Shown here: piece by piece, positions 29,788-35,962 of the stretch | How the letters are laid out: each line of letters starts with the position of its first letter | Numbering within the stretch: position 1 is the first letter of the stretch | IMG/VR virus record: IMGVR_UViG_3300034374_012521 | Location: 1-64,000 of that record | From: a virus | Strand: one strand, 5' to 3' | DNA: 64,000 bases | Program-made: the position numbers and the translations under genes | The notes under the pieces: generated by a model | What the model was told of the DNA's origin: nothing | What the model saw: the letters and a program-made list of their open reading frames with translations, nothing else | The model's database searches: none

Positions 29788-30246
29788 TTAATTATTTGTT
29801 TCCAACACAACAACGGTATCGGGCATAATTAGCGGTCTAATCTCCAGATGTGAAGATTCCCCCGTGACTGGCTTTCTAGTATAACAAAAGACAGGCTTAC
29901 CGTCAGTATCATAATAAAAGTATTCCTTAGTTCTGTCATCTAGAAAGGCCCTGTACATCCCATTATTCTCGTCAACGTAAATGATCTGTCCCGATTCAGT
30001 ATCACTCCTTAAGCCAATGGCAAAAGTTTTTTTCTTATTAGAACGTTCCTCCTCATATTCATTTATGTGCTGCTCGATTCTTTGAATTGATGATTGTATA
30101 GATTCATATTCTTGAACTAACTTATTCAAATTGGAAGCATAGCTAAATATTGGGCTCATATACCCAATAAGTGTCACAATTGTACCAATAGCTGTAACGA
30201 TGAAAATGACATTACTAAACTTGGATTTAAACTGGGTGAGAGGCAT
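29788..30246 (-). CDS. membrane-anchored hypothetical protein
   Basis: N-terminal TM then coiled coil; TATATA motif upstream. Confidence 0.6.
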   Translation of the reverse strand: MPLTQFKSKFSNVIFIVTAIGTIVTLIGYMSPIFSYASNLNKLVQEYESIQSSIQRIEQHINEYEEERSNKKKTFAIGLRSDTESGQIIYVDENNGMYRAFLDDRTKEYFYYDTDGKPVFCYTRKPVTGESSHLEIRPLIMPDTVVVLETNN

Positions 30247-30295
30247 TTGACAAACATATATTTACATTATATATTCTGAATTTATACCAAAAGAG

Positions 30296-30369
30296 AGGCA
30301 CAGATTGGATTCGAACCAATGAATAGCGGGTTTGCAATCCGCTCCCTTAGACCACTTGGGTACTGTGCC
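30296..30369 (-). tRNA. tRNA-Cys(GCA)
   Basis: GGCACAG/CTGTGCC-T, loop TTGCAAA. Confidence 0.92.
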
Positions 30370-30519
30370 TTATGCAGGTACAGGGGTTTGTATTTTAGAA
30401 CCGGATGGAAGTTGGGCTCTTGCTAATTCTTTTGCAATTATAGAATTTGGTGCTTCGATATAAAGCCTTAGTGAACCGCCTAAACCAGTAGGTAAAATAT
30501 AGTCAACCCTGTATTTCAT
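30370..30519 (-). CDS. small hypothetical protein between tRNAs
   Basis: MKYRVDY... 49 aa, start outside tRNA-Leu. Confidence 0.5.
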   Translation of the reverse strand: MKYRVDYILPTGLGGSLRLYIEAPNSIIAKELARAQLPSGSKIQTPVPA

Positions 30520-30534
30520 TTCATAATTAATTAG

Positions 30535-30620
30535 TAGTCCGGGCGGGACTCGAACCCGCACGGGCATTACTGCCCAAAAGATTTTAAGTCTTTCATGTCT
30601 ACCGGTTCCATCACCGGACC
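30535..30620 (-). tRNA. tRNA-Leu(TAA)
   Basis: Long variable arm, loop CTTAAAA. Confidence 0.92.
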
Positions 30621-30655
30621 AACTTATACAAATCTGATAAAGTACTGGAAAATGC

Positions 30656-31525
30656 CTAAGATTTTTTCTGGTAGACTTTTAGATTTCTAATTTCCATTCT
30701 ACCTTCAGTAGGCTGATTCTCACCATCAGGTTGCTTTAAACCATTATTTAACACTAAATACTGGTCTTGCCCGTTGGTCTTAAGCATCTTTTTATTCTTG
30801 GCAACCTGTACTAGTTGCCCGTCAAAATAGAATTTAATAAAATTATCCGTCCAGTGTATTGCATACTGAACAAATCTTTCTTCTGGGCTTTTGACAAATA
30901 TTCGTGGCGCTCCATAATCTTTTTTACCTTCTTGCCAGGTATTACCGGTTCCCCAATGTATATTAGGTCTCATCTCAATCTCATTCACATCTTGATCTGT
31001 GTATGCCTCGAAGATGTCAATTTCTGGTGGCCATGAGTTTGTACCACTTAACCAAAAAGCGGACCACTGCATTTTTTCGACGGGAAGTTTAATTTCTGCT
31101 TCGATCCAGCCATAGGTAAAAGATCTTTTCGATGAAATAAGACCAGAAGCCCATGGTAAAGTAAATTCATCTGGTAGCTCTGGCTTTTGTTGCCATTTAG
31201 GAAGATCTTTCTTGTAAATTGTTTTTGGTAGATACTTATTCTCTAGAATCAAGCTTTCTCCACTCAAGAAAGTAGCATCTTCGCTCCAATACCACCAAAG
31301 TTGATCTGTGTGAAAAAATCCCCATGGATGTCCATATCTCCATTCTTCTGGATTGAGAGATTCTTCAGTGAAGGAATCCTCAAAAACTATTTCATAACCC
31401 TTTGGAGGGTTTGCCTTTCGTTCCCCAGAAACTTCTTTTCTGGAAAGCATCCATGCTTTAAATTGCAACCAGAAATTGTATAGGTTGTTCCAAGGTGTTC
31501 TTTGGAGATAGTGTTTAAGTACCAT
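30656..31525 (-). CDS. glycoside hydrolase family 16
   Basis: SGLISS...FTYG.IEA, WSAFWL, WPPEIDIFE (ExDxxE). Confidence 0.9.
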   Translation of the reverse strand: MVLKHYLQRTPWNNLYNFWLQFKAWMLSRKEVSGERKANPPKGYEIVFEDSFTEESLNPEEWRYGHPWGFFHTDQLWWYWSEDATFLSGESLILENKYLPKTIYKKDLPKWQQKPELPDEFTLPWASGLISSKRSFTYGWIEAEIKLPVEKMQWSAFWLSGTNSWPPEIDIFEAYTDQDVNEIEMRPNIHWGTGNTWQEGKKDYGAPRIFVKSPEERFVQYAIHWTDNFIKFYFDGQLVQVAKNKKMLKTNGQDQYLVLNNGLKQPDGENQPTEGRMEIRNLKVYQKKS

Positions 31526-31557
31526 AAATTTTATATTTATTTCAATTTATGTATTCG

Positions 31558-31630
31558 CACGCCAGGTAGGATTCGAACCCACGACCCTCGGTTTTGGAGA
31601 CCGGTACTCTACCAGCTGAGCTACTGACGT
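31558..31630 (-). tRNA. tRNA-Trp(CCA)
   Basis: Cloverleaf, loop CTCCAAA, G73. Confidence 0.92.
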
Positions 31631-31636
31631 AAATTG

Positions 31637-31719
31637 TTGGCAGGGACGGATTCGAACCGCCGTACTCCAGAGAGAGCAGATTTACAGTCTGCCGCCTTTA
31701 ACCACTCGGCCACCTACCA
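31637..31719 (-). tRNA. tRNA-Tyr(GTA)
   Basis: GCAGA-CTGTAAA-TCTGC, long variable arm; U1-A72 pair. Confidence 0.9.
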
Positions 31720-32411
31720 ATTTTCCTTATTACCAATTTTTGATTAGCATATCTGTGTGGTCCATCTTCAAAGAGATCATTTACAATTTCCCAGTTTGAA
31801 CCGCTTCTTTTGCAATAGTGATAAATCAAAGAACCTTTTCCAAAGATCTCGTGTTCAACCTCAAATTCTCTTTTCTCGATAACTTCACCACCACTAAAGA
31901 TGTTCCAGTAAATAAAAGTTCCCCTTACGAAATTGTCATCTATTATGATATAGGAACCTTTTTCCATCTTTCCTTCAATAGCTTTGAATTCCAAAAAGGT
32001 GTGAAGCATGGAAGGCTCTGGGTTGTAGATATCAAAATCCCACGAATCCAAATGTACAATTGTTGGTGATCCTTCATAGCTCATAAGAAAATCCACAGAG
32101 TCCATGGTTAAATTTACCAGTTCATCAAAATCCGGGAGGTGATCTTTATAAAGCTGAATGCTTCTGGATGAAATGTCTTCATCTACATCAATGGAGGAAA
32201 ATTTACCACCATGCTCTTTAGCCAAATGAGCAAACAAAAGTCCAAAGCATCCATCATCAAAAGATTGGCTTGCTCCGGTTTCTATAACCTCAATTGATTT
32301 TAAATGGCTTAGTTCTATAATATCCGAGATCCTTTGAGCTTGATCTTTTCTTTGATTGCTGACTTGTTCAAGGCCCTTATAAAAATCCAAAGACGGTTTC
32401 CAACTTCTCAT
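31698..32411 (-). CDS. class I SAM-dependent methyltransferase-like protein
   Basis: VIETG, SIDVD, DSVDFL, HLDSWD, IIIDD; true start at MRSWK because the longer ORF runs into tRNA-Pro. Confidence 0.75.
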   Translation of the reverse strand: MRSWKPSLDFYKGLEQVSNQRKDQAQRISDIIELSHLKSIEVIETGASQSFDDGCFGLLFAHLAKEHGGKFSSIDVDEDISSRSIQLYKDHLPDFDELVNLTMDSVDFLMSYEGSPTIVHLDSWDFDIYNPEPSMLHTFLEFKAIEGKMEKGSYIIIDDNFVRGTFIYWNIFSGGEVIEKREFEVEHEIFGKGSLIYHYCKRSGSNWEIVNDLFEDGPHRYANQKLVIRKIGRWPSG

Positions 32412-32425
32412 AATAAAATTATCTG

Positions 32426-32498
<73 letters not shown>

Positions 32499-32501
32499 AA
32501 T

Positions 32502-32687
32502 TTATTTTAAAGCTTTTTTAGATCTCTCTGCTAACCAAACAGCTCCTTGAAGCTTAAATTCTTTCCAATTGTCAAATTCTTTGAGATCCTCTATGACACT
32601 CTCAGGCAATAGGATAAATCCCTCGGGAGCAATTCCCTGGAACTTGTAATATCCCGAGTTTTCTATTTTTTCTTTAATGTTAGACAA
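32502..32687 (-). CDS. small hypothetical protein
   Basis: 61-aa ORF with TTG start between tRNAs. Confidence 0.5.
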   Translation of the reverse strand: MSNIKEKIENSGYYKFQGIAPEGFILLPESVIEDLKEFDNWKEFKLQGAVWLAERSKKALK

Positions 32688-32706
32688 TTGAATTAATTTA
32701 TTTTTG

Positions 32707-32780
32707 GGCCGGAGGTGGGAATCGAACCCGGCGTCACGGTTAGTTTTAGCTAACTTGCTCTACCACTGAGCTACTCCGAC
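32707..32780 (-). tRNA. aberrant tRNA-like element (anticodon undetermined)
   Basis: Good acceptor stem and D-arm, TTCGATT loop; 6-nt anticodon loop CTAAAA and mismatched T-stem. Confidence 0.6.
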
Positions 32781-32782
32781 TT

Positions 32783-32858
32783 TGGAGCGGAAGACGGGAT
32801 TCGAACCCGCGGCCCTCAGCTTGGAAGGCTGATGCTCTACCAACTGAGCTACTTCCGC
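32783..32858 (-). tRNA. tRNA-Gly(TCC)
   Basis: GCGGAAG/CTTCCGC-TCCA, loop CTTCCAA. Confidence 0.93.
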
Positions 32859-32863
32859 TTTTG

Positions 32864-32937
32864 CTCCCCCACCTGGGCTCGAACCAGGGACCTATTGATT
32901 AACAGTCAACCGCTCTAACCAACTGAGCTATGGAGGA
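32864..32937 (-). tRNA. tRNA-Asn(GTT)
   Basis: TCCTCCA/TGGGGGA-G, loop CTGTTAA. Confidence 0.93.
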
Positions 32938-32981
32938 ATATAAAGGTCCGGGCCCAAAAAGGGCCCTTTTGAAGACCTTAG

Positions 32982-33054
32982 TTGCGGGAGAAGGATTCGA
33001 ACCTCCGACCTCCAGGTTATGAGCCTGGCGAGCTACCTCTGCTACCATCCCGCG
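32982..33054 (-). tRNA. tRNA-fMet(CAT)
   Basis: C1:A72 mismatch, CGCGGG start, loop CTCATAA. Confidence 0.88.
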
Positions 33055-33063
33055 ATATAATTA

Positions 33064-33168
33064 AAGGAAGGGAAATCTGGCGAGTACTTGTATTTGCCCG
33101 TTTCACACCGGTACCAAGCCTCCCGTCTTTTTCCAAATCCTTGCCTCTGTGAATAAGCACCCTTCCTT
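33064..33168 (-). ncRNA. candidate ~105-nt structured RNA in the tRNA array
   Basis: Spacer closed by a perfect 9-bp terminal stem AAGGAAGGG/CCCTTCCTT. Confidence 0.45.
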
Positions 33169-33170
33169 AG

Positions 33171-33242
33171 TTGCCCCTGCTGGACTCGAACCAACACTGA
33201 CGGAACCAAAATCCGCTGTCCTGCCAATTAGACGAAAGGGCA
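33171..33242 (-). tRNA. tRNA-Gln(TTG)
   Basis: TGCCCTT/AGGGGCA, loop TTTTGGT. Confidence 0.9.
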
Positions 33243-33248
33243 AGATTG

Positions 33249-33322
33249 TGGGCCCAGCAGGGCTCGAACCTGCGACCTACTGATTATGAGTCAGTTGCTC
33301 TAACCAACTGAGCTATGAGCCC
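33249..33322 (-). tRNA. tRNA-Ile2(CAT) (lysidine type)
   Basis: GGGCTCA/TGGGCCC-A acceptor typical of Ile2, loop CTCATAA. Confidence 0.8.
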
Positions 33323-33329
33323 AAAAAAA

Positions 33330-33380
33330 CAGGATGCTTTTTAAATATTTGCTGTATCAAAAAGTTGCTGTATGCATCCT
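33330..33380 (-). ncRNA. AGG-stem/UACAGCAA motif RNA, tRNA-array copy
   Basis: AGGATGC-ATACAGCAA...ATACAGCAA...GCATCCTG; same architecture as the copies at 38321-38571. Confidence 0.6.
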
Positions 33381-33385
33381 TTTAG

Positions 33386-33467
33386 TACCGAGGGTCGGAC
33401 TCGAACCGACACACCATAAGGCGCTAGATCCTAAGTCTAGTGCGTCTACCAATTTCGCCACCCCGGC
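33386..33467 (-). tRNA. tRNA-Leu(TAG)
   Basis: CTAGA-CTTAGGA-TCTAG, variable arm. Confidence 0.93.
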
Positions 33468-33661
33468 ATTTGCAGGATATCGCTTAACCTGCGGTGAGTG
33501 TTCCTTTCACCTTGTTCTCTTTAAGAAATACTTCGGGTCTTTCAGGGTTTCTGATAGATGATTCGTTTGTTATGTGATTACTCCAAACCCTTTTTCTTCA
33601 TTCTAACATCATCATCTATTACAGCTTCACTGTATCTCTTTCCGATACTACGATTTTTTTG

Positions 33662-33748
33662 CGGAGAGAGTGAGATTCGAACTCACGATACCGTTTCCAG
33701 TACACTACCTTTCCAGGGTAGCACAATCGACCGCTCTGTCATCTCTCC
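33662..33748 (-). tRNA. tRNA-Ser(GGA)
   Basis: GGAGAGA/TCTCTCC-G, loop CTGGAAA, long variable arm. Confidence 0.92.
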
Positions 33749-33750
33749 TG

Positions 33751-33838
33751 TGGCGGAGAGGGAGGGATTCGAACCCCCGGTACGTTGCCGTACGCCAGTT
33801 TTCAAGACTGGAGCATTCGACCACTCTGCCACCTCTCC
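33751..33838 (-). tRNA. tRNA-Ser(TGA)
   Basis: GGAGAGG/CCTCTCC-GCCA, loop CTTGAAA. Confidence 0.93.
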
Positions 33839-33937
33839 GTATTCGGTTTTGTTCCACATTAGCCCTACCACACAGTGGACATGGGTAGGATTTTGACTAA
33901 GGTGCTCTGAAGAGCTTTACACCGAAAACCTGATCAG

Positions 33938-34010
33938 AGCCGCTGGAGGGACTTGAACCCCCGACAGGCTGATTACAAATCAGCTACTCTACCAGCTGAG
34001 TTACAACGGC
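33938..34010 (-). tRNA. tRNA-Thr(TGT)
   Basis: GCCGTTG/CAGCGGC-T, loop TTTGTAA. Confidence 0.93.
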
Positions 34011-34024
34011 TTTTAGGCATTTTC

Positions 34025-34041
34025 CAACATGTCAAAGAACT
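34025..34041 (-). promoter_or_regulatory. boxA-like antitermination element
   Basis: AGTTCTTTGACATGTTG just upstream of the first tRNA; resembles rrn boxA (GYTCTTTRACA). Confidence 0.55.
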
Positions 34042-34132
34042 GTTTGATTATTTGTCTTTTTTACATCCAGCAGGATATTATGTTTCCATACAAAAACACA
34101 AATAATTACATTTTTTCTCCTCTCAGAGTTTG

Positions 34133-34547
34133 TGGAGCTGGTGGGATTCGAACCCACGTCCAGCTAGGCACACCCAGAGAATCTCATTCACAGGCTTAGG
34201 TCATTTTTCTAAATAACCAAAATAGAAAGGTTTCATATATGTGGGAATCAAACCTATCGAAAGTACCTGGTCTCAGAGTTGGTTTAGACGGGCTCTGACC
34301 TGTGACCCGCATACTCCAGATCAACCATCGGAAGATCTAGACTTTCGACTTTCTGTTCCTAGGGAGTCGACCCCCGGTGCTTAGGCTGCAAGAGCAACTT
34401 CAGCGGTTTCAACAGAACCTAGTCCTGCCAAAACGAAAAATGGATTTTCGCCATTTGAAGTGTTACATAGGTTATTAAAGAGTTTCCAATGCTAACTCTG
34501 CCTGCAATTCAAAGAACGTTCGCCTCCTGTCGATTCCAGTCAGCCCC
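34133..34547 (-). ncRNA. ssrA: tmRNA
   Basis: 5' GGGGCTGACTGGAATCGAC; 3' GTGGGTTCGAATCCCAC-CAGCTCCA with G3.U70; internal tag ORF ending ALAA-stop. Confidence 0.96.
34381..34452 (-). other. tmRNA tag reading frame GENPFFVLAGLGSVETAEVALAA*
   Basis: Translation of 34452->34381; resume codon inferred from Bacteroidota GEN... tags. Confidence 0.8.
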
Positions 34548-34559
34548 ATTTCTGTTCAG

Positions 34560-34567
34560 CAAATTTA
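34560..34567 (-). promoter_or_regulatory. Bacteroidota-type -7 promoter box (TAAATTTG)
   Basis: Matches TAnnTTTG ~13 nt before the tmRNA 5' end; overlapped by the inverted repeat TTAATCT/AGATTAA. Confidence 0.45.
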
Positions 34568-34599
34568 ATCTTTGTAAGAGATTAAAAAAACTGAGATAT

Positions 34600-34633
34600 A
34601 AAAAAACCCAAATCTTTTGAGGGATTTGGGTTT
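34600..34633 (-). terminator. intrinsic terminator (attenuator terminator)
   Basis: AAACCCAAAUC/GAUUUGGGUUU hairpin + U-run. Confidence 0.8.
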
Positions 34634-34662
34634 AGATATATCTAGACTTCTTCTAAAACTAA

Positions 34663-34746
34663 CTATCTAAACCCGCAGGGTAAGTTATACCCTGTTGGGA
34701 ACGAACCCAACGTCCAAAGACACGATATTTGTTTAAATAGTTTCAT
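34663..34746 (-). CDS. putative leader peptide MKLFKQISCLWTLGSFPTGYNLPCGFR
   Basis: 27-codon ORF between a promoter motif and the terminator; last codons are complementary to the terminator 5' arm. Confidence 0.6.
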   Translation of the reverse strand: MKLFKQISCLWTLGSFPTGYNLPCGFR

Positions 34747-34767
34747 TCTAGATGAAGATTATGGTAA

Positions 34768-34795
34768 TTATATATCAAAGGACAAAAAAGTTTCC
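34768..34795 (-). promoter_or_regulatory. putative promoter GGAAAC-N13-GATATATAA for the leader/tmRNA/tRNA unit
   Basis: Contains both recurrent upstream motifs of this genome. Confidence 0.55.
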
Positions 34796-34834
34796 GCTTA
34801 TTCCGCTGTTTTATTAAGAAAATGAAATCCCGTA

Positions 34835-35950
34835 TTATTTCGACTCCACAAAGTATCTAAGTTTAGAGAATTCCAAAAACCTGGATGTATCTATATCATA
34901 CTCATCATGAGACAGCATTCCATCACCATCCAAGGATTCTATCGAGAACAAGAATCTAATTTTACCTACTCTCCAGATAGCATCTGGAATTTTGTACCAA
35001 GCCCATCCGCCATGGCTTAGTGTGTTGCTTTCCTCCATCATTAATTCACTCCCACATAGAAGTTTGAATTTAATTCTAACTAATGAAAATGGAGAATCCG
35101 AGCTTAAATGTAGAAGTATTCTTATATCACTAATATTATCCTTATTTACGTATGGGGAACACACAGAAGTTGTGTAAAGAGTGTATTCGTTCTTGTTATA
35201 TGCTAGCTTATCAATATCCCAATTTTCCCCAATTGGACCTCCGAAAAAATGGTCCAACTCATCGTTGGACTTAAAGATGGAATTCTCCCTTCCTGTGTTA
35301 GCGATGGAAGTTATGAAATCCTCAAAAACCATGTTCGGATATTTAGATACGAAATCTCTATTTTTCCTAATATTGAGATTGGGTATAAGGGATCTAACCC
35401 GGGAATTCATTCTCAGTATAAAAAGATGACTGTATACCCAATGAGATCTTGGGACTGAGAAAAAAATAGAGTCTAGATCCTTTCGTAATAATTCTTCCAG
35501 GAAAGAATTAATTTTTTTGCCAAAATCCTTAGGGAATATAAAGTCAGTTTCCATATAAACACAAAAATCATACCCCTTAGCAAAAGAAGCACCCAAAGAG
35601 GGGATAAAGAGGGATACAATAGCAGGAGTAAAATCTATCCAGCCTTTATAATCATAATATAAGGTAGATCCAGAAGGACCCTCTGTATCAACCCACTTGT
35701 AGCTAGGTATGTTTTCTACTAACGGTACAATTTCAGGGTTGAGAATATTTGAATCTTTAAAAGCAGATGTGTTGGTGTCGTTATAGAGGTAAAGGTCCAC
35801 CTTGTTTTTTATGCTGTCTGGGCAATCAAAGTGTGTCATTAATGTAACATCCCACCCAATACTCTTAATGGAAGAGATTATCTCAAGAAGATCCTTTTGT
35901 TTTTCTTCAGTGCTTGGAAATGATGATAATATAAAGTTACAATCTATCAT
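34835..35950 (-). CDS. hypothetical protein, possibly glycosyltransferase-like
   Basis: Lies in a glycan gene block; THF and YMETD (ExD) motifs. Confidence 0.5.
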   Translation of the reverse strand: MIDCNFILSSFPSTEEKQKDLLEIISSIKSIGWDVTLMTHFDCPDSIKNKVDLYLYNDTNTSAFKDSNILNPEIVPLVENIPSYKWVDTEGPSGSTLYYDYKGWIDFTPAIVSLFIPSLGASFAKGYDFCVYMETDFIFPKDFGKKINSFLEELLRKDLDSIFFSVPRSHWVYSHLFILRMNSRVRSLIPNLNIRKNRDFVSKYPNMVFEDFITSIANTGRENSIFKSNDELDHFFGGPIGENWDIDKLAYNKNEYTLYTTSVCSPYVNKDNISDIRILLHLSSDSPFSLVRIKFKLLCGSELMMEESNTLSHGGWAWYKIPDAIWRVGKIRFLFSIESLDGDGMLSHDEYDIDTSRFLEFSKLRYFVESK

Positions 35951-35962
35951 AGATGGATTAAA

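Noticed and set aside
32943-32979. GGGCCC-N5-GGGCCC hairpin between tRNA-fMet and tRNA-Asn as a terminator
   Set aside because: No U-tract on the transcribed minus strand; more likely a processing or spacer hairpin
33751-33838. tRNA with 'TGA' as an opal suppressor or tRNA-Sec
   Set aside because: The anticodon itself is UGA (reads UCA, Ser) and the structure is a normal serine tRNA
33042-33896. ORF-track calls 33042..33227, 33334..33561, 33558..33896, 33670..33888, 33683..33871
   Set aside because: They overlap tRNA genes and are spurious translations
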